From NCBI GenBank assembly GCA_963708025.1, contig CAVPSB010000013.1:96001-160000 (forward strand): a stretch of DNA of 64,000 bases, written 5' to 3'. The notes beneath the pieces are model-generated. The model was not told the origin of the DNA and ran no database searches. It saw only the letters and a program-made list of their open reading frames with translations. Within the stretch, counting starts at the first letter, position 1, and each line of letters opens with the position of its first letter. Of the stretch, positions 10,194 to 21,389 are shown piece after piece. The position numbers were made by a program, and so were the translations under genes. This stretch comes from an uncultured Candidatus Rokubacteria bacterium (GTDB lineage: Bacteria > Methylomirabilota > Methylomirabilia > Rokubacteriales > DASRDR01).

Positions 10194-11457
10194 TCAGGTC
10201 GCCAGCGAGGGGAGGTCGGCCTCGGGGGGCGCGGCGCGGAGCACCTCGACGTAGGATGCGACGGCGCGCTTCAAGCCGACGTCGCGCCGCTGGGACTCGG
10301 AGAGGAACCGAGCGGTGCTCGAGGAGCTGGTGGAAGAGCTCGGCCGGCTCCAGCGTCCCGCGCAGCTCGAGCGGGATCGCCTTCAGAACCGGCTCGTACA
10401 CCTCGACGAGCCACCGCCCCGCGACCTCGGCCTCCACCTCCGGTCCGGCATGTCCGCGCCGGGCGCCGAAGCCGGCAATGTCGTGGAGGAGCCGGCGAGC
10501 CTGGTTTTCCTGGGCCGTGATCCCCGTCAGCAGCAAGAGGCGGCGGCTGTGGTGGCCCGGCTCGACGACCTGCGGGTTGACCCGGAGCCGGTACCCCCCC
10601 ACGGCCGCGATCAGCTCGACCTCCTCGACGTCGAAGCCGAGCTCGGCGAGCCCGCGCAGGCGGGCGTCGATCCGGAACCGCTCCTCGGGACCGAAGATCT
10701 CCTCCCGGGTCAGCTCGGACCAGAGCTGCTCGTATCGTCGCGGGATCTCCGCCGCCGTGTTGACCGGATCGAGCTCCTCCGGGAGGCCGGCGGCGGCGGC
10801 GAGGTCCATCAGCTCGCCCGCCACGTTCTCCTCGGCGATGGCGACATCGTGGCCACGCTGGCCATCGCTCAGGCGCGCATGCAACTCGCCCGTCTCGGAG
10901 TCCACGAGGTAGGCGGCGAGGGCGCCCGCGTCACGGCGGAAGAGAGTGTTGGAGAGCGAGCAGTCGCCCCAGAAGAAGCCGGCCAGGTGCAAGCGCACGA
11001 GCAGGCCGGTCAGGGCATCGAGTAGCCGGTTGCGCAGGTCACCGACCGGCGGCCGAGCGAACAGCGCCCGGTACGGCACCGAGAACTCGAGATGCCGCGT
11101 GAGGAGCACCGCTTCCGGCTCCGGACGCCCCCCGGCGCGTGCCGACCCCGCCGCGCCCGAGCGGCTGACCACACCCACCGCCTCGACCACCGGAACCGAC
11201 TTCTCGGCCAGCGTGCGCAGCAGCCGGTACTCGCGCTCGGCAAGCCGGCGGGGCAGCTCCTTGAGGGCGTACAGCCGGTCGCCGTATTCGACGAAGCGCA
11301 CCACGTGCCGGTGGATTCCCCGCTCGACGTTGACCACGCGCTCCGAGCGCCAGCGCTCGAGCGGCTCCTCCCACGGCAAATCGAGGAAGTCGGGGTGGCC
11401 CGGCCGCACGAGCATCGAGAAGGCTCCGTCGGGCGGCGTTCGGCTCCTGGTGTCCAC
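10194..11457 (-). CDS. DUF4032-type protein-kinase-like (Kdo/WaaP superfamily) protein, frameshift near 10310
   Basis: DLPW, RGIHRHVVRFV, ALKE, GFFWGDCSLSNTLFRRDAG, LVDSETG; shifted frame restores EHRWFLSE...RDVG. Confidence 0.85.
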
Positions 11458-11630
11458 GATCCCGCGTCTCCCTCTCGTTAGAGGGAGCGGAGAGCCGGTG
11501 AGGATTCCGGGCCGGCCGGGTGGCGCATTCCGAAGGCACGTGCCCAATCCGGAGGCAGCCGCCATGGTCCTTGCCACCCCCGAGGGCTCTCATCTATGCT
11601 GCGACCCGGGCGAGCGAAAGGATTCGACTG

Positions 11631-12482
11631 ATGAGGCTTCACGTCAACGGCACGACGCTCGATTGCGAGACGGTCGGGGAGGGGGCGCCCTGTCTCTGCC
11701 TGCACGGCGGACCCGGCACCGACTCCTCGGGCCTGCGACGGAGCCTGGGGCCCCTCGCCGAGGCCCTCGGCCTCCGCCTGATCTTCTATGACCACCGCGG
11801 GCACGGGGGGTCGGAGTGGGTGCCGGTCGAGCAGTGCACGCAGGACCAGCTCGTCGCCGACGTCAACGGGGTGCGCCAGGCGCTCGGGCTGGGACGGGTC
11901 CACGTGCTCGGCATCAGCTGGGGCGGATTCCTCGGCCTGATGTACGCGGCCCGCTACCCGGAGTCGATGCAGACCCTCGCCGTCGTCGGGGCGTCGGCCA
12001 GCCGCGCGTTCATGCCCCGGGCGGAGGAGAACGCCCGGCGGCAGGCGACCCCCGAGCAGTGGGCGGCCTACCGCTCGCTGTGGGACGGGTCGCTGGCGGA
12101 CGACGAAAGCTACCGGCGCGCGTTCGAGACGATCCGCCCCCTCTACTTCTTCGACAGGACGCTGGCGGCCGTCGCCAACGCGGCGCGGGCCGACACGCGC
12201 TACCGGCTGGCCGTCCGCAAGTTCGTGATCGATCACGAGTACGCGCGGTACGACTGCCGCGCCGAGCTCTCCGGCATCCGCTGTCCGACGCTGGTCGCGG
12301 TCGGGCGTCACGACTGGATCTGCCCGGTCGACCAGGCGGAGGAGATCCACCGGCTGATCCCCCACTCCGAGCTGGCCGTCTTCGAGAGGAGCGGACACTC
12401 CCCCCAGGTCGAGGAGCGCGACGCGTTCACCCGGCGACTGGCGAGCTTTCTCGGCGCCGGGACGCCGGCCGGCTCGCACTGA
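11631..12482 (+). CDS. Alpha/beta hydrolase (proline iminopeptidase-like)
   Basis: HGGPG, YDHRGHG, GISWGG nucleophile elbow, GRHD, SGH. Confidence 0.9.
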   Translation: MRLHVNGTTLDCETVGEGAPCLCLHGGPGTDSSGLRRSLGPLAEALGLRLIFYDHRGHGGSEWVPVEQCTQDQLVADVNGVRQALGLGRVHVLGISWGGFLGLMYAARYPESMQTLAVVGASASRAFMPRAEENARRQATPEQWAAYRSLWDGSLADDESYRRAFETIRPLYFFDRTLAAVANAARADTRYRLAVRKFVIDHEYARYDCRAELSGIRCPTLVAVGRHDWICPVDQAEEIHRLIPHSELAVFERSGHSPQVEERDAFTRRLASFLGAGTPAGSH

Positions 12483-12550
12483 CCCCCCGCGACCGGCGCT
12501 GCCGCCGATCCCCGGCGCCCCGGGAGGGCTGACACGGTTCCCCGGGGCGA

Positions 12551-13030
12551 CTACGTCCGCCGGAACGCGCTGCGGTTGCTCCGGATCTGCTCGGCGTGCT
12601 CGTGGGCGTGCGGCCCGTAGCTCTCCAGCCAGCGGGCGGTCGAGTACTCGCCGGTCGGCGTCGGCATGCCGGCCTTGGCCCAGTCGGCCTCGGTCATCCG
12701 GTCGAGCAGCTCGGCCGTGTAGCCACGGACCGCCTGGAACATCGCCAGCGCGGCCTCCAGCGGTCGCTCGGCGTAGGCGAACCGCGCCGCCAGCTCGTCC
12801 GGGTCGTAACGCCAGAGCTGCGCGTCGTCCGTGATCAGGATCCGGCGGAGCCGCACGGAGGCGATCATCTCGCTGTCGGCGAGGTGATGCACCACCTCCC
12901 GGGCGCTCCACTCGGACTTGGCGGGCTTCCAGTCCAGCTCGTCCGGCGCGATGCCGGCGAGGGCGGCGACCACCTCGGCGTACCCCTTCTTGTAGCGATC
13001 GATCAGCTCGGCCCGTTCAGCAGCGGTCAT
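12551..13030 (-). CDS. DinB family protein
   Basis: WSAREVVHHLADSE and HAHEHAEQI; AGGAG RBS. Confidence 0.88.
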   Translation of the reverse strand: MTAAERAELIDRYKKGYAEVVAALAGIAPDELDWKPAKSEWSAREVVHHLADSEMIASVRLRRILITDDAQLWRYDPDELAARFAYAERPLEAALAMFQAVRGYTAELLDRMTEADWAKAGMPTPTGEYSTARWLESYGPHAHEHAEQIRSNRSAFRRT

Positions 13031-15136
13031 CGGTTCTCCTTTTGAACCTCCCTCCTACCCCCCCACCCCCTCCGTTTGACCGGATCGCCGGGACGGCTCG
13101 GGCCTACGGCCCTCGCGACGTCCCACCCTCCGGCGGCCACGGGGGGAGGCGGGGTCGGAGTCGGAGGCCCCGATTGCTTCACATGCTGGGGCAGCCTCTC
13201 GGCGCCTCGCGGGATCCAGACGCGCATCGCACCCGGCTCGCGATTGGCCCAGGCGTAGTAAGGGATGGCGGTCAGCTCGACCCGCTGGCGGTCCGGCGCC
13301 GGCCCGGAGCGCGCCGGACGATAGAGCTGGTGGTGCCACGAGGCCGTATCCACGCGGAAGCCGGACGCGCGGACGACCGCGACGCCACCGAGCAGGTCGC
13401 CCTCCCACCGTGAGGTCAGCGGCGCCGCCGGGTCGATCTCGAGGTCGGCGACGGGCGCTCCGGGATGGTCCGCCTGCTCCAGGCAGTACACGAGAGGTCC
13501 CCGCTCGATCGCCACGCGCCCGCGCGTCGAACTCGATCCACGGATGCGCCTCGACGAGCCGGGGCTCCATGGCCAGGTCGAGCTCGACCGCGTCGCCGCG
13601 CGCCCAGCCCCGCTCGAGCCGCAGGTAGCCGTTCGCGTCCGGCGTGACCTCCACCTCGCGGTCGTTGACGCGGACGGCGACCCCCCGGCACCAGCCGGGC
13701 GCGCGCAGGCCGAGCGTCCACGGGCCGCCGCCCCCCTCCTCGATCGCGAGCCGGATCCGGCCCTCCCACGGATAGGCGCTGTCCATCCGGAGGACGACGG
13801 TCGAGCCCGACCCGAGCTCGGTGACGAACCGCGCGGACCCGTACTGGTGGATCTGCAGTCCCGAGGCATCGCGGGTCGCGACGTAGTGGCCGAGCGACGC
13901 CACCAGCCGCATGACGTTCGGCGGACAGCAGGCGACCAGGTGCCACTCCTTCCGCCGGCACCCGCCCCGGGAGAGCCGCTCGTCGGCGCCGTTGCTGGCC
14001 AGCGGGTTGACGTAGAAGTAGCGCTGGCCGTCCAGCGACACGCCGCCCAGCACCGCGTTGTAGAGCGTCCGCTCGATGAGGTCGGCGAACCGGGACTCGC
14101 CGGTCGCCAGCAGCATGCGCCAGCTCCACATGATGCTCCCGATCGCCGCGCACGTCTCCGAGTAGGCCAGGTCGCTCGGCAGCTCGTACGGCTGGCCGAG
14201 CGACTCGGCGTGATGGCGGGCGCCGATGCCGCCGGTGACGTAGAGCTTGTGGTGGACCAGGTCGTCCCACTGGCGGGTCAACGCCGCCAGCAGCGCCGGG
14301 TCGCCAGTCTCGAGGTACAGGTCCGTGACGCCCGCGGCCAGGTAGGTGGCCCGGACGGCGTGGCCCTCGACCTCGCTCGCCTCCCGGACGGGCACGCGGT
14401 CCTGGTAGTACGCCGAGCTGTTGAATCGCCCCGGCCCCAGGAAGCCGCGGCCGCGCTGGTCGACGAAGAACCTCGCGAGGTCGAGGTAGCGTCGCTCGCC
14501 GGTCTCCCGGTACAGCTCCACCAGCCCCATCTCGATCTCCGGATGGCCCGGGGTGGCGGCGCGCCGGCCCGGTCCGAAGACGGCGTCGATGCAGTCGGCG
14601 AAGCGCCGGGCGATCCGCAGCAGGCCATCGTCCCCGGTGGCGCGGTGATGGGCCACCGCCGCCTGGAACAGGTGGCCCGCGCAGTACAGCTCGTGGCCGT
14701 GAGAGAAGTCGGTCCAGCGCCGGCTCGGCTCGGCCACCTGATAGTGGGTGTTGAGATACCCGTCGGCCCCCTGGGCGGCGCCGACCAGCTCGGTCGTCGT
14801 GTCGATCGTCGATCGCAGCGCGTCGCCGGGCACTCGCGCGACCTCGTACGCCGCGGCCTCCAGCCACTTGTAGACGTCCGAGTCCATGAACACCGGCCCC
14901 CGGTACCGTCCCGTCGAGCGGCCGGCGGCGATCCGGAGGTTGTCGAGATTCCCGGCCGCCTCGAGCATCCGGAGGCCGTGCGGCAGGGCAAGCTGCCGGT
15001 TACTCGCCTGCCGGGCCGCCCAGAGGCCGCCCTCGAGCGTCACCGCCCGTGATCCGAGCGTCTTCCACGCGGCCCGAGGGCTCTGGCCCGTGTCAACGGG
15101 GCCGGCGCCCGGGATCCCTGTCCCCGTTCCCGTCAT
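13027..15136 (-). CDS. Glycoside hydrolase family 127 (beta-L-arabinofuranosidase-like), frameshift near 13525
   Basis: DSDVYKWLE, HELYCAGH, GHAVRA, YSETCA, ACCPPN; C-terminus RGPLVYC...IPYYAWANR...MRVWI lies in ORF 13027..13869. Confidence 0.92.
13044..13160. repeat. G/C-tract hairpin repeat, copy 2 (long internal loop)
   Basis: GAACCTCCCTCCTACCCCCCCACCCCCTCC...GGGGGGAGGCGGGG with inner GGGCC-TAC-GGCCC hairpin. Confidence 0.6.
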
Positions 15137-15175
15137 CCTGGCTCCCTGCCTGCTCGGCCAAGGGTTGACTTGATA

Positions 15176-15194
15176 TATGATGTGACCGGTCACG
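15176..15194. promoter_or_regulatory. LacI-type operator TGTGACCGGTCAC abutting a TATGAT -10 box
   Basis: Palindrome at 15181-15193 between divergent GH127 and GH31; same sequence upstream of the LacI-family gene. Confidence 0.8.
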
Positions 15195-15320
15195 AAGGCC
15201 GTCTTACCTTCTCAGCACATGCCCGGGCTGTCAACGGTCGAGGCGCCGCAGGCGCCGGGATCGGGAGACGGCCCGCGGTACCGCAGCACACCCGGGGCGC
15301 GTCTCGACGAGGAGAGCGGA

Positions 15321-17706
15321 TTGGGCAGCCAGGCCACGCCGTCACGATACGAGCGCGACGGTTCGACCCTGCGATTCGGGGGGGACCGCTCGCAGGTCGC
15401 GATCACGGTCTGCAGCCCGCGCATCGTCCGGGTCGAGCTGGCCGGCGAAGGCGAGGTGACCGGTCCCTCGTACGTCGAGCCCCGCGACTGGCCCGCCGCG
15501 CCCGTCGAGATCGTCGACGGCGAGCCGCTGCGCCTGGCGACGACCGACCTGCGGCTCGAGGTGACCACCACGCCGCTGCGCCTGACGTTCCTCGATCCCA
15601 CCGGCGCCTGGCTGCTCCGCGAGCCCGCGGACGGTGGCATGTTCGACGGAGCGGGTCGACGACGGCTCCCCGCGTCTCCGCCTCCAGGCCCGCTTCGCGT
15701 TCGCGGGCGAGCAGCACTTCTACGGCCTGGGCCAGGGCGGCCTCGCGCTCGACCGGCTCGGCGTGGCCCGCCAGCTCTGGAACACGCAGCTGGGCCACGG
15801 GCCCGGCTCGGACATGGGCATCCCGCTGCTCGTCTCCAACCGGGGCTACGCGCTGTTCTTCGACAATCCGGGCGACGCCGTGCTGACGGTGGGGCGGTCG
15901 GACAACGGCGTCCGCATCGTCTACACCGCCGAGGCGGGGCGGCTTCAGTGGTACTTCCTGATGGGCCCGGACCTGCGCGGGGTGATGGGCGAGGTGGCGG
16001 AGCTGCTCGGGCGGCCACCGCTTCCGCCGCGATGGGCCCTGGGGTTCCTCCAGTCTACCCGCCACTTCGACGACACCGCGGAGCTGCGCCGGCTGCCCCG
16101 GACGATCCGCGAGAAGCGGATTCCGTGCGACGGGCTGATCTACCTCTCGACGTACGGGGAGGCGCGCGGCTGGAACCGTGGCGTCGGGCATCTGGAGTTC
16201 CAGCCCGAGCTGTGGCCGGATCCGCCGGCCCTGCTCGAGGAGGTGCGGCGACAGCACTTCGAGGTCATCACCCACGAGTACCCGGTGCTCCACGAGGCCT
16301 CGCCGCTCTCCGCCGAGGCCGAGGCGCGTGGCTACCTGCTGGACGCGGGCTACGAGCGGGTGACCGCGGCGGACCGGCCGAGCGCGACCTACCGGGAGGG
16401 CCAGCGCTACCTCGACTTCTCGAACCCGGCCGCGCGCGCCTGGTGGTGGGCGGCCCACCGGGAGCTGGCGCGGCTCGGCGTGGCGGGCTGGTGGCTCGAC
16501 GGGGGGGAGGGCCCGCCGGCGACCTCGAAGCTCCACGCCGGCGACGGCACGCTCCTCCACAACATCTACGACCGGCTCCGCCACCAGGCGTTCGCCGAGG
16601 GCGAGGCGGCCGATCGCCCCGGACAGCGCGTGTTCCTGCTGTGCCGGTCGGGCGGGGCCGGGATGCAGCGGTTCGGGGCGGCCTGCTGGTCCGGCGACAT
16701 CAACAACGACTTCGCGACGCTGGAGGCCCAGGTCCCGCTGGGGCTGAACACCGGCCTGTCGGGGGTCCCGTACTGGGGGACCGACGTCGGCGGCTTCTTC
16801 CATCCGATCCCGGAGAGCGGGGAGCTGTACGCCCGGTGGTTCCAGCTCGGGGCCTTCAGCCCGATCTTCCGCTCGCACGGGTGGGTCTGGCGGGACCACG
16901 TGCCGTGGGCCCACGGCGCCGAGGTCGAGGCGATCTGCCGGCGCTACGCCGAGCTCCGCTATCGCCTGCTCCCCTACACGTACACCCTCGCCTGGCAGGC
17001 CCACACGCGGGGCCTCCCGCTCATGCGGCCGCTGGTCCTGAACTACCCCGACGATCCGCGGGTCTGGGGGCTCGGCCACGAATTCCTGTGGGGCGACGAC
17101 CTGCTGGTGGCCCCGGTGACGCGGGAGGGCGCCACCGCCTGGCCCGTCTACCTGCCGCCGGGCGGCTGGTACGACTTCTGGACCGGCGCCCGTCACGACG
17201 GCCCCGCCGGCGTCACGCTGGCGGCGCCGCTCGACCGGCTGCCGCTCCTCGTGCGGGCCGGCGCCATCCTGCCGCTGGGTCCGGTCGTCCAGCACACCGC
17301 CGAGCGGCCGCTGGACGAGATCACCCTGCTGATCTACCCGGACGGCGCCTCACGCTTCGAGCTGTACGAGGACGACGGGCGGACCAACGCCTACCGCCAG
17401 GGCCACCACGCGCTGACGCCCTTCGAGTGCGTGGCCGGGCCCGCCGGGGTCACCGTGCGGATCGGCGAGCCGGCGGGCGACCGGTCGGTGGTCCCGGCCG
17501 GCCGCCGCTACCTGCTCCGGCTCCGGATCGACCGGCCGTCCGCGGTGATGCTGGACGGCCACGGAGCGCTGCCGCGACTGGCGGGGCCGAGCCCGGAAGA
17601 CGCCGGCTGGTGGGTGGACGGCTCGGGATTCGTCTGGATCCGCCTCCCCCGCCAGCCCACCGCCACCGTCACGATCCGAACCGACGGCGCACGCCAAGTG
17701 TCCTGA
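15321..17706 (+). CDS. Glycoside hydrolase family 31 (alpha-glucosidase/xylosidase-like), frameshift near 15650; alternative start 15219
   Basis: FYGLG, PPRWALG, GWWLDGGE nucleophile region, WSGD, GTDVGGF, YEDDG; GAGGAG RBS before TTG 15321. Confidence 0.92.
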
Positions 17707-18063
17707 CGCCTCTAGCGATCGGTCGAAGCATCGAGGCAACGCTGCGAGGGACGGTGCCGGCACCGCCCAGGGAGGAAACGATCGGGTAGTCTTTCGAGCT
17801 CCGCGCAACGCACGAGTGATGGGAGGCGGCTCGCCGAATTTCGGGCCAGCATCCTCATGGCGGGGCTCAGGCATTGCCGAGCTTGCCGCCAGGGTGCGCC
17901 GGATGGCGGAGATTACAGGTGCGTCGTGGCGCTCAACCCCGTGCGGGAGGCATCCCGCGACTTCCTGGACCGCACCCGGGGTACTCGGCGTGACGGAGAC
18001 GCTCCGGGGGCTGTCCTCGCGGAGTTGCGACGGATCGCGGCCTTTGCTACGGTGGAGCCCGTC

Positions 18064-18294
18064 ATGAATGCGAAGGCCGATCCTGTGGTGGCGGAGGTCG
18101 ACCGCCTCGTGGACGAGTACCGGGATCGCTGTCTCTGGTTCCTTCGCGAGGACTACTATCCCGATACGGACGCAGGACGGCTCCGCGTCCTGACTTACAT
18201 CCAGCGGCACGGCGATCGGGCGGCCTTCAGGAAGGCGGCGAACCTGCGACGATGGCTCTCACGTCGTTCCAGCGAGAGGTCTGCCGCACCATAG
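18064..18294 (+). CDS. Small putative antitoxin-like protein (76 aa)
   Basis: YRDRCLWF...RVLTYIQRHGDR; overlaps the start of the downstream nucleotidyltransferase. Confidence 0.6.
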   Translation: MNAKADPVVAEVDRLVDEYRDRCLWFLREDYYPDTDAGRLRVLTYIQRHGDRAAFRKAANLRRWLSRRSSERSAAP

Positions 18295-19076
18295 CGGAGA
18301 ACCGGATCGCATCCGGTGAGAGCTACGTCGCCGGCGCGGTCGCCCTCAACGAGCTGATCGCGGCGCCGCGGATCTCCCGCGACATCGACCTCTTCCACGA
18401 TACCGACGACGCGCTCCAGATCACGTGGGAGGCAGATCGCCGCCTCCTGGAAGGGCGAGGGTTCGACGTCCGGGTTCTTCGCGAGCGAAGAGCGTTCGTC
18501 GAGGCTCGGGTCAGCGGCAGGCAGGACACCGTCCTCATGCAATGGGCACGGGACAGCGCCTTCCGCTTCTTCCCCCTGGTCGAGCACGCCGATCTGGGCC
18601 TGACTCTCCACCCATTCGATCTCGCGACGAACAAGGTGCTGGCCCTCGTCGGCCGGCTGGAAGTGCGCGACTGGGTCGATGTGATGGAGTGCCACGATCG
18701 GATCCAGCCGCTCGGCTACCTCGCCTGGGCTGCGTGCGGCAAGGACCCGGGCTTCGGCCCGGACGGAATCCTGGAGCACGCGGCGCGCTCGACTCACTAC
18801 TCCGCGGACGAGGTGCGAGAGCTCTCGTTCGGCGGGGACCCGCCTGACGCGGCGATCCTCTCCCGCCGATGGCACGCCATGCTGGGCGAGGCACGCGAGA
18901 TCGTCGCCGCGCTACCGCCCGACGAAGTCGGCACGTGCGTGCTCGCCCCCGCTGGCACGCTGTTCAGGGGCGACCCGACGGAGCTGCGACGTGCGCTGGA
19001 CGGCACGGGTCTCGTCTTTCATCGAGGCCGCCTTCGGGGCGCGTTCCCCCAGCTCATCGACAGTCCCCCGAGGTAG
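18252..19076 (+). CDS. AbiEii/DUF1814-like nucleotidyltransferase
   Basis: YVAGAVAL, RISRDIDLF, DLATNKVLAL and RDWVD motifs. Confidence 0.75.
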   Translation: MALTSFQREVCRTIAENRIASGESYVAGAVALNELIAAPRISRDIDLFHDTDDALQITWEADRRLLEGRGFDVRVLRERRAFVEARVSGRQDTVLMQWARDSAFRFFPLVEHADLGLTLHPFDLATNKVLALVGRLEVRDWVDVMECHDRIQPLGYLAWAACGKDPGFGPDGILEHAARSTHYSADEVRELSFGGDPPDAAILSRRWHAMLGEAREIVAALPPDEVGTCVLAPAGTLFRGDPTELRRALDGTGLVFHRGRLRGAFPQLIDSPPR

Positions 19077-19096
19077 GGTTTCCGCGTCCAGGCCGG

Positions 19097-19130
19097 GCGC
19101 GTCACGACCGGGACGAGCGTCGTGACGCGC
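19097..19130. terminator. GC-rich hairpin between convergent genes
   Basis: 12-bp perfect inverted repeat GCGCGTCACGAC / GTCGTGACGCGC; no U-tract. Confidence 0.4.
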
Positions 19131-19270
19131 CTCGGCCCCGGCCGGCGCCGCGGCCGAGGACCGAGCAGCCCAAGGACGCAGGCCCGCGCCCACCGGAGGC
19201 GTACGCCCTGGTACGCCGAGGATGGGCGCGGGCCGAGGACGCCGGGATGCGAAGGTCATCGGCCGCGGCG

Positions 19271-21337
19271 CTACGACTTGAAGTACCAGGTCTCCGTGTG
19301 GGCGATGTGTGGGTTGTCGCTCACCGCGCTGTTCCAGAGCCGCTCGGGGATGTTCCCCATGTTCGTCTTGATGACCCGCACCCCCTGGGACGCGGGCGAG
19401 TTCGAGACGACCGGGATGATCCACACCTCGTCCAGCACGATCTTCCAGACGTCCTTGGCGAGCTGCGTCCGCTCCTGCTCCGGCACGCCGAACGCCTTGC
19501 GGTACTTGTCCATCACCTCCCGCATCCGCGGAGGCGGCGTCTTCCCCTTCGCTCCCGCGCTGGCGTACCAGGTCCCGTACAGCGGCCCGACCGGAATCTG
19601 GGGGTTGACCGGGAAGAACCACGGCGCGTGCCCGAACATGTTGTCGGCGCCCCACTGCGTCTCGAAGTAGATCTGGTGCTCGTTGGCATAGAGCCGGGCG
19701 GTCGCCAGCCCCCGCTCGAGCTCCTGCACCTCGCCCCGGATGCCGATCTTCTTCCACTGCTCGACGACCATCTCGGCAATCCTGGTGAACGGGAGGAAGC
19801 CGAGATAGGTCGTGAGGGCCAGGCGGAGCCTGCCGCCGCCGTCGGCCCGCAGGCGGTAGCCCTCGCCGTCCTTCTTGTCCAGCCCCAGCTTGTCGAGCAT
19901 CTCGTTCGCCTTCTTGACGTCGTACGCTGTGTGCAGTGTCTTGTACTCCGGGCCCGGGAAGTAGAGCGTGCGCTCCCCGGGCGCCGCCGAGCCCGTCTGC
20001 GCGAGCCCGAGCACGAAGGTCTCGTTGATCTGCTGGCGGTCGATGCCGTGGGAGAGTGCGATCCGGAACTCTCGGGTGGAGAGCCACTTGGCGACCTCGG
20101 GGTCCTTCTCGTAGCTCTGGTTACACATCAGGCCGACGTCGGCCCCCTGGTCCGAGGGATCGAGATAGACTCGGTAGCCGCCCTTCTGCTGGTTCGCGAG
20201 CAGGACCGGGAGCTTGCCGATGTCGATGTGCCGGGCCTGCGAGTCGTACTCGCCGGCGATCGCCCGCAGGTTGATCACCTCCAGGTTCTCGCCCAGCGTC
20301 ATCTGGACCCGGTCGATGTAGGGGAGCTGGTTGCCGGCGGTGTCGACCCAGATGCTGTACGGGTTCCGCTCCAGGACGAAGCGCGGCGTGTTGATCGGGG
20401 ACGTCGTCTTCCAGGGGGTCACCACCGGCAGGTCGGGGTTGAGGGAGGCGTTGTTGCGATCCTTGAGCATCGTCACCCAGCTGTCGACCTTCAGGTCCGC
20501 GACCTTCCGGTCGAGGTCGGTCTTCGAGAGGTACTTGGGGTGGAACTGCTTCAGGTAGTGGGCGGGGGCGAAGCCGCCCAGGCCGAACCGGCCGTACCGG
20601 GCGTGGTGTCCGACGCCCCACACCGAGGCCAGCACGATCGGCAGCGCGTGGTAAGGGTCCGGCGCCACGAACTGGACCGTGCTGGCATCCACCTTCCGGA
20701 CGGCGATCGGCTTGCCGTTGATGGTCATGACCGGGAGCGGGGTTGGGACCAGCTCCTTGTTCTGGTAGATGTCTTCGAACCAGAACACGAAGTCGTCCGC
20801 GGTGAACGGCTGCCCGTCGCTCCACTTCATCCCGCGCCGCAGGAGCAGCGTCGTGATCCTCCCGTCCGGGCTGACCTCCCAGCCGCGGGCGATGTTGGGC
20901 ACGATCTTCGTGCCGGTGTAGTCGAAGAAGAGCAGCTTGTCGTTCTGGGCGACGCGGTTGCCGTTCGAGTAGTCGAAGGGGCCGGTGAAGCCGCGGCGCC
21001 AGGTCCCGCCGTACTTGCCGACCTCGCGCAGGGGCTTGATGACCAGCGGGTCCTGGCCGATGCGCTCCTCGACCGGCGGCAGCTTGCCGGCCTTGACCAG
21101 CTCGGCGAGCTGCGGGGCCTCCTTGAACCGCTTCGGGAACTGGGCGGGATCGGTGATCACCTCCGGTCCTTCCAGCTTGCCGATGAGGTGCGCGCCCGGC
21201 TTGGTGTCCTGCGCCCGGGCCGCCGGGGCCGGCGCCGTGGAGGCGACGGCCAGCAGACCGAGCCGCAGCATGGTCCGTCGAGACAGGCGAGGGCTCTCCC
21301 GCCGCGGACTTTCTCCGGATCCCTTTTGCTCGCTCAT
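19271..21337 (-). CDS. Family 5 ABC substrate-binding protein, Tat-exported
   Basis: SRRTMLR Tat motif; LPPVEERIG, LRRGMKWSDGQPFTADD, GNQLPYID. Confidence 0.92.
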   Translation of the reverse strand: MSEQKGSGESPRRESPRLSRRTMLRLGLLAVASTAPAPAARAQDTKPGAHLIGKLEGPEVITDPAQFPKRFKEAPQLAELVKAGKLPPVEERIGQDPLVIKPLREVGKYGGTWRRGFTGPFDYSNGNRVAQNDKLLFFDYTGTKIVPNIARGWEVSPDGRITTLLLRRGMKWSDGQPFTADDFVFWFEDIYQNKELVPTPLPVMTINGKPIAVRKVDASTVQFVAPDPYHALPIVLASVWGVGHHARYGRFGLGGFAPAHYLKQFHPKYLSKTDLDRKVADLKVDSWVTMLKDRNNASLNPDLPVVTPWKTTSPINTPRFVLERNPYSIWVDTAGNQLPYIDRVQMTLGENLEVINLRAIAGEYDSQARHIDIGKLPVLLANQQKGGYRVYLDPSDQGADVGLMCNQSYEKDPEVAKWLSTREFRIALSHGIDRQQINETFVLGLAQTGSAAPGERTLYFPGPEYKTLHTAYDVKKANEMLDKLGLDKKDGEGYRLRADGGGRLRLALTTYLGFLPFTRIAEMVVEQWKKIGIRGEVQELERGLATARLYANEHQIYFETQWGADNMFGHAPWFFPVNPQIPVGPLYGTWYASAGAKGKTPPPRMREVMDKYRKAFGVPEQERTQLAKDVWKIVLDEVWIIPVVSNSPASQGVRVIKTNMGNIPERLWNSAVSDNPHIAHTETWYFKS

Positions 21338-21389
21338 GGAATCTCCCCTTTCGTTCGCATCGACCCCGTGAGACCTGCTCCGGCGAGGA

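Noticed and set aside
15219-17789. 856-aa ORF
   Set aside because: Only the N-terminus belongs to the GH31; the remainder is off-frame Arg/Pro/Gly-rich sequence after an indel.
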